A stretch of 59,604 bases of DNA, counting the filler, from Sphacelaria rigidula (taxonomy: Eukaryota): assembly GCA_964200075.2 (NCBI GenBank). It is 9 parts of 9 records of this genome, joined end to end, with 100 filler letters (N's around TTAATTAATTAA, not from the genome) between each part and the next. Parts side by side here need not be neighbours in the genome. Positions count along the whole stretch, not along the records: positions 1 to 6,534 come from CAXNAA020019497.1; positions 6,635 to 13,168 come from CAXNAA020019498.1; 7 more parts are not named here. One strand, written 5' to 3'. The position numbers and the translations under genes were made by a program. Below, piece after piece: positions 1 through 10,253 of this stretch. Below the pieces are notes generated by a model, which worked only from the letters and a program-made list of their open reading frames with translations, made no database searches and had not been told where the DNA came from. How positions within the stretch are numbered: position 1 is the first letter of the stretch; every line of letters starts with the position of its first letter.

Positions 1-72
1 CGAGAATCGAACCCCACAACTCAACCACCAGAAGGTTACGAGGTTACAAACTGAGCCACCGGGGCGACCGGC
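1..72 (-). mobile_element. tRNA-derived head of SINE family 1, cut by contig start
   Basis: Reverse complement reads GCCGGTCGCCCCGGTGGCTCAGTTTGTAACCTCG...GGGTTCGATTCTCG, with Pol III A and B boxes. Same head at 39636 and ~51095-51166. Confidence 0.8.
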
Positions 73-129
73 TCTATAGAGTACATGGGTATAAATAATT
101 TGTTTTGTTTTCTGCTCGTGGTCTACGGC

Positions 130-460
130 GCCTGCCTGACGCTTCATATGCTGCCAGCAAAACTTCACTCTGTCTGTGGTATTGTTTTTGAGCACAAGGC
201 AGGGGCACCAGCAGCATGCAGTAAGTTGTACTCAGTGGACAGTGATGGCACACTTATACTGTCTCTCGCCATTGTACCCAGTGAGGACACACAGCACACA
301 TATATACCGACTCTGCACGCAATTGACTACAGGGTCAAAACTGGTCGGGGGTTCTCCAGGGCTATTTTCTTTATACATCGACAAATATCCACTTGTTCAT
401 GAAAGAGGCGTTGTGTACGAGAGAAGAGCAGTTGTGAACCCCAAATGGGGCATAGTCCAC
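130..460 (+). repeat. Diverged dispersed repeat; inverted homolog at ~21420-21740
   Basis: Shared blocks include CAGCAGCATGCAG, GCAATTGACTRCAGGGTCA, TCGGGGGTTCTCC and CATGAAARAGGCGTT. Confidence 0.75.
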
Positions 461-1507
461 ATCAGTCCACCTGCGGGGTGCTCGCTGTCCGAGGGTTAAG
501 ATGCCTCAAACGCGAATGCAGTTACGATACTTCTTTATGCGGCTCCCGCAGCCAGCTGCCCGCAAGTACTCCATGCGGGATGACTCGTCACCAGACAGGC
601 CGACTGGCTTCAGTCAATAAACTCCAAACTTCCATGATCGTGTTTCGTGTTCCTGTTTTGTTACGGCTTTGATCAGCAAAACGTTTAATTTATTTTCTTT
701 ACACATGGTACTCTGTTGTTTTCAAATGTGACTAGCGTACATTTGTATAGATTACAAAGGGTACTGGTGGTTCGACAAGAATTTCAATGTCGATTGACGG
801 TACATCATGGGGGGGGAGGTGGGACCTTGTAGCTTGCCGGGTGAAAGACCAAAGGCTGCGATGCATCGTGTTCAAGGGGCTAGAAAACCCTACTCATGTA
901 GCACGTATAATGGATATAGTGGCATTTGTTAGTGTCGTATGTGGGTCAGGGTATGCGTGTGAGGGTTGTCACCTCCAACCTCAATAATGAAAAACTTTAC
1001 TTCACAAGCAAACCGGGATCAAAACTTCGAATGCCCAACTTGTCTTTTCCTCGTGCTAAAAGGCGCGCCTCGTGAAGGATACTGCCACAACGCCACAACA
1101 AGGACGAGAATGAGGCGCCTAAAGCGCGCCTCATTTGCGCTGAAAAAACTTGCAGCGGGGCTTGAAAAAAATGAGCTTATGAAGAAAACATGGAATTTTC
1201 ATTTCAAGGGAAAAACGCGCATTCGGAATCAAAGCCTAAATGTACTGGAATATTACTATATTTCATATGAGCGAGGTCGTTATTTGGAGGTGACGCATTC
1301 ATTTGTGATTCACATGATTGACTCGATAACTAGGCTTTTTTTCTGCAAGGGGTGTGTGTGTCTGTTGTCATCACATCTACTTTGAACGCCGGTCTAAACC
1401 TCTCGATACATGTGAGCGCACAAGCCGGGATCACACAGGAGGGGGGGGGGGCAAAACACGAGTTTCTCTCTTCCATTTGATGTAGTTCTCCCTCTCCCTT
1501 CAGCGCG

Positions 1508-1587
1508 GTGCTCCGTCTCGAAAGGGATGCGTGGTCATCAATGGTCACACGACTGAAGCATGCCCAAGTGATTACGCCCGCCCCCCC
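1508..1587 (+). mobile_element. Poly(C)-tailed short retroposon, 5'-truncated copy
   Basis: GTGCTCCGTCTCGAAAGGGATGCGTGGTCA...ACGACT...TACGCCC then a C-run. Both flanks contain CCCTCTCC...GCGGTGCT (TSD-like). Confidence 0.7.
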
Positions 1588-2119
1588 TCTCCTCCTGCGG
1601 TGCTTGCATATGTTCTTTATCGCGAAAGGGGTTCAGCGGTCCCCTACCCTCGTCGACCGTGAAGTCGAATTTGAATTGTCGGTGTCCATTTTCCCATGAA
1701 CAAGAACAGGGTGGCGACATTGACCCCTCACAACGATCAAAATGGTCACTCCTCCATGGTACAGGAACAAGCACCCACTTGCCCTCCAATACAACCCCTG
1801 CCCCCCGCGGACCTGAGGATACCTCTGTACCGGCAGCCTGGAAAATTCTTCCGAGGTGAAGCTCGCAGCTCGAGAGTTACCGACGACTGCAACAAGGGGT
1901 ACATCGAGTAAAGTGTACGCTGCACTATCACTAAAGCCCCACATACAGCACTACTGTATGTGATATCCATGCGCAGGTTAGGGCAGTACAAACACTCCAT
2001 AGCTCGAGACGAAGGACTTTGATTACTGTGCATCGGCCGCCGTTTTGTTTGCCAAGCGACGGCGAGTCCCACGCGGGCAGGCGCTCCCATCGTGGCGTAG
2101 AAGCGTGTCGTACAAAGCG

Positions 2120-2390
2120 CCACAATGCCCAACAGTGGAGAGCGACTACGTCGTGGGAACACAATATTCGACTTGACGGTCAACGATGGAAAGGGGTTGC
2201 TGTACCGTTCTCGCGACGGAATAAAAGACAGCAACTACGGCAAATTGAACGTGGAGAGATCGAAACAAATATAAAAAAGTGAACTCCTGTGTTAGCCTTC
2301 CTTTTGCGTGGCCCCGGCTGGTGCGCCCACATAGAACGGGAGGTGTATACCGGAATCCAAATAGATGGGATGACACCACGACACGCAGGG
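2120..2390 (+). mobile_element. SINE family 1 body and 3' end, with a different upstream head
   Basis: Matches the reverse complement of ~50790-51073 (CACAATGCCCAACAGT..GAGCGACT, CTCCTGTGTT.GCCTTCCT, CCCCGGCTGGTGCGCCCACATA). Ends AATAGATGGGATGACACCACGACAC. Confidence 0.8.
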
Positions 2391-4592
2391 GGTGTCATCA
2401 ACCCTTCGTGGTGGAAAAAAAAACGGACCTAGCGTAATGAAAAGGTGAAAATTCGAGTCAATATTTGTTGAAGAGAATGATCGAGATTGCTTCCATCAAG
2501 CAGTATAGTTCACCACTTGGGCGGGTGAGAATTTTCTCAGATAGTTCGACTTGATTCATGTGTGAACAGCGAAATCCGGATCTTGAACGGGGCCATGCTC
2601 CAAGTGTGCTTCCATCTAGCGCAGAACGCATTTTTGTCGAAGTCGGCACCTGGGGCGCCAATTTCAGGTCTGGCAAATCGCCCTTTGCCTATGTAACCCT
2701 CTCCCAAGTGGTAAACTAACCTCTAATCGAGCAAAAAGACCCAAGGGTCAGAACATGGGGCTGGACAGTCGCCAAACCCACGAGGACGGGTCAGCCCGTC
2801 AGTTGCTCAATATTGAGCGAAGAGATTATTTTTTGGAATGTGGGGTAGATGCCCACGAGCTGGGTCAGTCAACCATGGGTGATTTTCTCACTCAGGCGAT
2901 GCACGGCAAGATATTGGGACTTGGACGCTAAAATTTCGATAGCAGGTTTTGATTATCGGCATGCAGAATATCACGTGAGCAGCAAGTGGAAAAATAAAAC
3001 AAGGAAATCATGGGGATTTGAAATTTCAGCAGAAACAAGGCAATGTCATACGTCCATAAAAAAATGGGAATCTGCAGCTGCTCTCGAGACGTACAATCTA
3101 CTTGTGTGCAGAAGGTCTTCGTGGAACTACAGCTCAAGAGCCGTCGAATTGGGCCGTGCTTGCGACGTTTTGTGTGACACTGCTGCATCCCATATGTCGT
3201 TCTTATGCGGAAATAAGAGAAACAATTACTTCGGAACACAGATGGAGCTCTTTTCGTCCCCTAGCGCACGGCTGCAACGCCCAACCCCAGCTCTAGACGC
3301 ATATACTCGTTGGTTGTGGTTTACATGACATGTTAGCGAAGTTTCGGCGCATAGTAGCGACGACAGCGCGCTCACGGCCGTGCCTCCTAATCTCAGCATC
3401 CCTGCGGTCGATACCGGATTGGCTCTTCTACAGATTGTAATCATCCAGACGCGGCGCCAGAACTGATCTATGTTTGCGAGCACTGTAGCCGACCAGGTGG
3501 TCATGAAGCAGAAGTGAGTGCGCTACCATATCCACATGTGCATTCACTCACGGTGCACATAAACTCCGCCGCGAGATGGCCGTTTTGAGGGCATACAGAC
3601 GGTATTGCTCGAAATCGGAATTCGCTTTGCTTTATTTGGTCGGGGGACAAAAGGGGTTGTGCTTCGGTACATACACTGGCTGTGGTGTGCCCGACTGGTG
3701 CACCAAGCTTCACGTTGGTGCCTGCAGCGGCGGTCGAGAACTTCACCATCGAAAATGAAGTGCAAAAGTCGAAAATGGCACAAGCCAATCGTCGAATATA
3801 CACCAGCTACAGTTGCGCCGCATAATCTTCTTAAGCCGCTGCGCCCCTGCGGCAGCACAATAGAGATGGGGACAAGTGCACACCGGTACTTCCCAGCACT
3901 GTGGGTTTAGCTTCGCCACATCGCGTCGCCAAACGATATGCCTTCGATCATATTGGCACTAACGCGGCATCGAGTGTTGTGTTCCCAGTGCACGCCGTAT
4001 TGGATTGCAGGCGACAGAATACTGTGCACGATTGCACTGCAGAGCACGGTGTAGTGACCTTGTACAGTAGTCACACATGAGAAAAAGAGGTGCAGCACAC
4101 CACACACTTTCGTACTGCAATTCATGTATAAAGTTTCCAGTTCTGAAGGCGGCGCGATTGGCTGTACAAGGCATGGATGCACTGAAGTGTGTCTTGTTAC
4201 TTGCTCTTTGAAGCAAATGATCTTCTTGACGTGGACGGAATACATCATGCAATAGCCGGCACGCGTCCTTTTGCCCTGGTGCCCTGGACGTGGTCGCCAT
4301 GTATCGGCGTTGCATCGTGCACGAGATGCACCAATAGAGAGTAACATTATTCAGACCACCACAGGCGGGATATCATAACTTTTTCAGACAGAAATCTACA
4401 CCGACATTACCGCCTTGAGCAAAGCTTGCCACGGATGCCACGCGCTGGGCCGGTACCCCCTAGTGTCGGGCCCGCCCCTGGTGTGAACTGTGTCTACTTC
4501 ATGGCTCATATCACAAAACCGAATGCTTGTCAAATGGTTCTTGTATGCAGGCATTCCGGTATTGGATTGTTATTTGTATTTTCGCGCAAGAC

Positions 4593-4804
4593 TGCAAAGG
4601 CAGGTCGAGTAGAGTATACTCAATCGCGGGGTATTTTGAAAGACATACTTGGGGTACTCAAGTTAGGGTAAAGTGTTGGGAGTCGTACCCGAAATATAGT
4701 AGCTGGAACGCGATTCCTGAAATTCTACCCCCACTTTGTGGACTTCAAGTACGGATTTTGAAGTACCCCGCAATTGAGTATACTCTACTCGACCTACCCT
4801 CGCA
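4593..4804. mobile_element. MITE-like element with ~49-bp imperfect terminal inverted repeats
   Basis: AGGTCGAGTAGAGTATACTCAATCGCGGGGTA...TACCCCGCAATTGAGTATACTCTACTCGACCT. TSD not resolved. Confidence 0.8.
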
Positions 4805-5504
4805 CGACTGATATACCCAGTGCGGTCGGATTGCTGACGTGAACCCACCGCACAAAAAAATCAAACAGCACTCCGACACGCTATCGCCGAACGATGTGAG
4901 GCGCACCCCGATAACGTCGTCGGCAATACGACGGCAATAAAACAGCGACGCAGTCCTCTGTCATCAGGTGAATCAGTTCACAGTAATACGCTTACATCGG
5001 GTTCAATCGGGAAACTGGGAAGGCTGTGATGTGAGCAACTTTAAGCCACTTCAAAGCTGGCCAAGCTCGTAGTATCTCTTTATCCTAGATCTTGAATCTT
5101 GTGGATCACACGTCCACTGGGATGAGCGATGGCACCCCAACATACCGGTGAAACTCAACAACCACGAAACATCAAACATTGCAAAAGTCCCCTGGTTCAG
5201 CTCGAAACTACTGTTGTAGTTGAGGCATGCTGCTCGAGAATCGGTCATTCAGGACTTTTCTTCAAATGTGGCTCAGAGGCTAGGAGTTGGGGAAAATCAA
5301 TGCGTGAAATTTCTCCAGTCTTGTTCGAATTACAAAAACAGAAACAAAACAAGATGGTGTACGAGTAGGAGGAAGGTGAAATTTCTCACAGTTGATCCCA
5401 TTTCATGCTGGCAATACAAGTGCAGCACACTTGTACAGTGAGTAGACAGCATCAGAAGTTTGCAGAATTCGTGATTTCCCAGGTTCTCATAGATTTTCCA
5501 AATT

Positions 5505-6265
5505 TGTTTCGCTTGCCATGGCTCATCACAGTGCCTATAGGATGCCAACAAATGGGAATCTGGAGATATTCTTATCCTCTTGACGGATAAAAATCTGCGA
5601 TCGATATCAAGTGACTAACGGGCTTGACCGATCTTCGGGGGTCCTGTGGAAGTACAACCCCAGGTTCCATCTTTTTGGTATTTTCGGTGGACCGACTCGA
5701 TCCCGATTATATGAGAGGAGAGTCAAAAATGATTTTTTTTTTAGTTCGACCCATTCACTGCGCTCATGCCGGGAAAACCACGTTTCTTGGACCAATCACG
5801 GTTAATAACACCCTCCTGGTAAATGGAGTCTTCCATCCGTATCGCCACCACTGCACCAACTTGGGCATTGTGATTTGAGGATGAATTGCTTGTTTTGCCA
5901 AAACTTTTCACGCGAGCACTTTCGAGTGCTCATGGAAAATGTTACGCGAAAAAAAAACGAAAAGAGACCATCCGCAGAAAATGCTAGACTGAGGTCTGTG
6001 CAGTATAGGCGGGAAACACGATCAGGATCGTTTTTGTGAAAAGCTCTGAACGTTTCGATTCATCTAAGACATTTACCGTTTCGTTGCGGGGGATCCAGAA
6101 AACTGCTTTTATTGGACCATCAATGGTCAATAGCACCCTCCTGATGAACGGGATATCGAGAACGTATCGCCCCAAAAGCACCAACTTGGGCACTGTAGTT
6201 CGAGCGCGGCCTACGCTTTCACCTCAAGTCTACCAGCGCTAGCACTTTCGAGGCTAAAGTATGAA
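5505..6265 (+). repeat. Dispersed repeat with internal ~140-bp duplication (5790-5930 vs 6110-6255); homolog at ~12305-12735
   Basis: Shared blocks TTTCGCTTGCCA..GCTCATCACA, TCGGGGGTCCTG, GGTATTTTCGGT and GGTYAATARCACCCTCCTG...CGTATCGCC...ACTTGGGC. Confidence 0.7.
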
Positions 6266-6448
6266 AAATAGCAGTCGAGGAAAACTCCAAAACTACGGAT
6301 TCTGAAACTTCTGATGCTGACTACTGTACACAGACAATACAGCAAAGAGGTACAGGAAGTACCTTACCAGGAAAGCTGTGGTTGAGTAATTTTCAAGGAT
6401 ATACATGTTACAATCTTCACGTGTGAACGTAACGAGTGCAACGGGTAT

Positions 6449-6534
6449 TGTGTGTGTGTGTGTGTGTGTGTGTCGTCGTCCCATTTATTCTGGGCACCAG
6501 TCTACAACTTTCGGTGTATGTGGGTGCATCAGCC
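6449..6534 (-). mobile_element. SINE family 1 3' end with (CA)n tail, cut by gap
   Basis: (TG)n followed by TCGTCCCATTTATTCTGG...TTTCGGTGTATGTGGGTGCATCAGCC, matching 50800-50861. Confidence 0.75.
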
Positions 6535-6634
6535 NNNNNNNNNNNNNNNNNNNNNNNNNNNNNNNNNNNNNNNNNNNNTTAATTAATTAANNNNNNNNNN
6601 NNNNNNNNNNNNNNNNNNNNNNNNNNNNNNNNNN
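6535..6634. other. Artificial contig linker N44-TTAATTAATTAA-N44; also at 13169-13268, 19803-19902, 26437-26536, 33071-33170, 39705-39804, 46339-46438, 52972-53071
   Basis: Eight identical 100-bp spacers with an all-frame stop 12-mer. Intervening contigs are 6534 bp (first seven) and 6533 bp (last two), consistent with a length-sorted concatenation. Confidence 0.98.
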
Positions 6635-6843
6635 GCTGACTTTACACTCGATAATGTCGAACTCAATGGCTTCGATACTAAAGATTGTGTTTGGGCCTGC
6701 TAGCCCCGGTGCCCACTGAACAGGCATCTTCCTACCCAGGTGGTAAGTATCGTACCATGACAGTAAAACAGTACAGTAATACATTTTTGTGCAGACAATA
6801 CCACTGTACTGTACACTGTTGTGCAAATACTGCTCGTGACTAC

Positions 6844-7100
6844 GGTAGCCAAATGATACCACGCCGTAGGCTTTAGTATAATCGCATGCATGATTGGAGC
6901 AGTGGCAGGGAACAAGGGATCCTGGATTGATGGCCCTGATCTGTGTGGCCCCTTGCTGTCTGGCTCAAGATGTGGTCTGTTGAGGATCACTCCGTGATAA
7001 TTACAAGTCAGAAGAAAGGATTTGTCGAGCACGAGGCCAGTAGTATGGAGGAGTCCCTCATTGCAAGTCCTCTTGTCCAGATCGTCTGGCAGAGGCTACA
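6844..7100 (+). repeat. 5' LTR
   Basis: Direct repeat of 9996-10253 with about 30 differences counted by eye; ends GGCTACA. Confidence 0.92.
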
Positions 7101-7303
7101 ATATCTAGATATTATTATTTTCGGCACTCTGTCGGAGGAGTTTGGCTGGGAAGACGGGCCGCAGCTGGAAGCCAGCTTGGCCTGCAGTCGTGGTGACCAA
7201 CTTGTAGCCAACTTGAAGCGCACTGCAGTGGAGGACGCTCCGTGAGCTGGAGGACGCACAAGTCAGGCAAGAGTCTCTCCGTCACGTGGGGAATCCTAGA
7301 AGA

Positions 7304-8200
7304 CATGGCTCAAGCGGCGGCAGCACCGCTGGTGTTAGGTGAGTCTCTAGAACCGCCAAAGTATGGTGGAGTGTGGACCGAGGAAGCCTCAAAAACAGTT
7401 GGGGCCAAATATCTCGACTATTTGGAGAGGTTGCATTTGGCCAATGCACAAGGAGTCATAAGGCATACCAGGGTGAGCATCGGACTACTTATTCTTACAT
7501 ATATTCACCGGTGCTTTGAAGGTATGTACAAGGACCGTCGGGCTATGACCCCCCACGAGTTGCTATATGCTGTGAAGCAGCATGCCGGGTACACCACAAC
7601 CGGCGGCAAGCATGACACTGCGCCGGCTGCAGTAGACCTACGTCGAGTTTTTACTATGCTACAAAGAAGTGGAATATCCGTCCAGGGTCGTGCGATGATG
7701 GTCAATTCATCGATGGGAACGTTTTTCGCAGAATGCGGTGCAAGTCATGCATGTACCGTGCGGAGGACAGGAGCTGGTTGCCAGACCCGGCCGAGTCGGT
7801 TTCCACAGCTTTGGTAGACGGTATTTCGCCTCCGAAATTCAAGGTGTATGCTAGAAGTGTACTAACGTATGTTGACAGCTGGAGAAAGAACCCGACGGTG
7901 GTGCTCAACAAAATATTTTATGCCGCCGATCAGTGGAAGTTCATTGAGGCACATGGCCGGCGCGATTCTGCGGCAAGTGCAGGTAGTGCGAGCCGTAAGC
8001 AGCAACAGCAACAGAAACAGCAGTCGTCTCCGCGAGCGTCGTCCACTCGCGCGTGTTACAACTACGGCGACACCGGACATCTGATCAAGGACTGCCCCAA
8101 ACCTCGCGCTCAAGGCGCTGCGCAAGAAAATGCACCAGATTCGTCAGGATCTCGAGGCGGTCGTCACGATGGACGGGACTGTATCAACCAGGGGCGCGGG
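7304..8200 (+). pseudogene. gag: gag remnant (frameshifted) with degenerate CCHC zinc knuckle
   Basis: ORFs 7242-7817 and 7733-8461. Motif CYNYGDTGHLIKDC is Cx2Cx4Hx4C with one Cys>Tyr change, followed by an RGRGGRG basic tract. Confidence 0.8.
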
Positions 8201-8499
8201 CGCGGCGGCCGCGGTCGCAAGAAATCGGCGGCGGATGGTGGTTCCTCCGCTGTTTCTTCCACTACGTCACAGGTGGTGACTCTGGATCTTATGCTTCGTC
8301 CGTGTCGGGGCGGACAGTGTACATGGGAAATGCAAATACTTCGGTGGGGAGTGTTGGAACGAATAGTTCGCAACCCCTCGGCCAGGATCCGTGTCAGGTG
8401 CATCTCCTACTGTTGCGACGGCTGTAAGAGCGCCGTCTGCATATTCGGCGACACGGTCTAGGTGGACCGCCGATTCTCAGATATCGATGTCAAGTGCTG

Positions 8500-9435
8500 G
8501 AGCGCAGCCCTGGCGTCAGGTGACTCTTGATACCGACCCGGGTTCTTCGACAGACGTGGTACCTGTCGATCGCAAGGCTGAATTTTTACGCTCTGATCTT
8601 TCCTTGCCTGGTTCCGTAGGTTCGTTCATTGCCCGTGACATTCCGGATTCTGGGTCCGCGCTCACGTCGACCGGTGTGGGGTTGCTGGAACAAATTTCTT
8701 CGCAGTTTGGCGGCGCTCAGCTCCAAATTCCGTTCGAAAACGGACCGCAAACGCCACAGAACGCCACGGGTGCTCCCGTGACTGTAAACATAAAACTGTG
8801 CCGATTACTGCTAGCGTGCGTACGCCGTGGGGGGTGTGGAGTTGCAGCCCATTACTTTCGCTGTCATGCCCAGTAGGGACAAGGTGGTTCTATTCGGGAT
8901 GGCGACGATGAAGGAGCTCGGGATTGATTTGTACCCGCTGGCGTTGGATACGTTACGCTTGCGTGCTGTGCCGGTGCAAACCGGCGAGGAAAACCCCGGC
9001 TTTCCAGCTGCAAGGCGTGTGACCGTATCCATACGGTCATTCCAGAGCACCAATGAGGAGGAGGCTCCTGCGAATGAAGCGGTAGAGGGCTTGGTCGATC
9101 GGGCCCGACATGCTCATGGACCCTGCGTAGGAAAGAGAGGCAAGGAAACGTGCGCTTGAGAATGGCGTGCAGCAGGCCGAGCAGAAGGGCCTGAGCGCCG
9201 ATGGCGCACATTGTCTGCGTGATAGTTTGGCTCGTTGCGTGGATGCAGTTCGTCGTGCGCTGCGTGGTGATCCGCCAGCGCGCGTAGAGCCCATGATGAG
9301 GGTGCACCTCCAGCCACAGGCAAAGGAGGTGAAGGCCAAGCCCAGACGTTACGATCCGGTGAAGACCGGTAGCTTGCCTCATACATTCTAGCTGTGGTGG
9401 CGTTTGGTTTAGTGGTTAGGAACATCCAGGCTGTG
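8500..9435 (+). pseudogene. pol: pol remnant: aspartic protease and RT N-terminus
   Basis: VTLDTDPGSS (degenerate DTG), FAVMP..VVLFGMATMKELGIDL (protease C-terminus) and GDPPARVEPM..KAKPRRY..LVVRNIQAV (pre-RT/RT start). Confidence 0.75.
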
Positions 9436-9900
9436 TTGCCCAAGTTTGCAGTTAGTTGGTGATTTCGTATTGTATGCCCGTGTTCGTAGGCAAGGTGTGA
9501 CGCCAAAGTTGATGTCCACATGGACAGGTCCATGGCGAGTGGGCGGAGCCGATCACGCTCACACGTGTTCGGTGCAGAACATTGCTCCAGCGCCGTGCAC
9601 TCGGCTCATGTAACCCGTTTGCGTTTTTATTCTAACTCGTAGTTGCACATCACTGCAGACCATTAGATGTATTCCAGCTTTCGCATGCTCAAGGTGAATC
9701 ATGGATGAGTGCTGTGGTGCACGTCGCTGAGGATGACAATGGTGATGTCATTATTTCGGTCGATTGGGAAGGGTTCGGTGCTGAAGAACGTACGTGGGGG
9801 TCTCTTCGCAAGATTCGTTCTTTTGCGCCTGGATTTGTTTCGAAGGAACTGCGTATACTGCGGTTGACTCGGGCGCTGACCAGTAAATTAGCGTCGGAGT
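9436..9900 (+). pseudogene. Integrase C-terminal GPY/F module plus chromodomain remnant
   Basis: GDFVLYARVRRQGVTPKLMSTWTGPWRV, HVTRLRFY, then VDWEGFGAEERTWGSL (chromodomain V.W.G....TWE pattern). Confidence 0.85.
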
Positions 9901-9995
9901 ATGGTATTTCTTTGTCATCTGGCGCATGCAACTTCGCCTTGGTTTTTGTTGGTTGTCGAGCTCGATCGTTTGTCTTGAACTCGCTTTGAGGGTGT

Positions 9996-10253
9996 TCTAG
10001 CCAAATGATACCACGCCGTAGGTTTCAGTATCATCACAGGCATGATTGGAGCAGTGGCAGGGGACAAGGGACCCTAGATTGATGGCCCTTATCTGAGTGG
10101 CTCCTTGCTGTCTGGCTCGTGGTGTGGTCTGTTGAGGATCACTCCGTGATAATAACAAGTTAGAAGAAATGGTTTATCGAGCACGAGGCCAGTGATACTG
10201 GAGGAGTCCCTAGTTGAAAGTCCTCTTGTCCCGATCGTCTGACAGAGCCTACA
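9996..10253 (+). repeat. 3' LTR
   Basis: Direct repeat of 6844-7100, preceded by a short purine tract GAGGG and followed by TSD CTACG. Confidence 0.92.

Larger units (their letters stand above)
6844..10253 (+). mobile_element. Ty3/Gypsy chromovirus-type LTR retrotransposon, degenerate and internally deleted (non-autonomous)
   Basis: Two ~257-bp direct LTRs with inferred TGTAGCC...GGCTACA ends and a CTAC(G) TSD (6840-6844 / 10254-10258). Gag knuckle, protease, RT start, integrase GPY/F tail and chromodomain remnants occur in Gypsy order. Confidence 0.92.

Noticed and set aside
1746..2234. ORF containing GGRGCIGGQ, reminiscent of an RTE C-terminus
   Set aside because: No other RTE motif nearby, and the ORF runs through a SINE.
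6141..6180. Hammerhead ribozyme core CTGATGA
   Set aside because: No properly placed GAAA or stem III, and the paralogous copies read CTGGTAA and CTGATAA.
6579..6590. Conserved TTAATTAATTAA motif
   Set aside because: Synthetic linker inside the N gaps.
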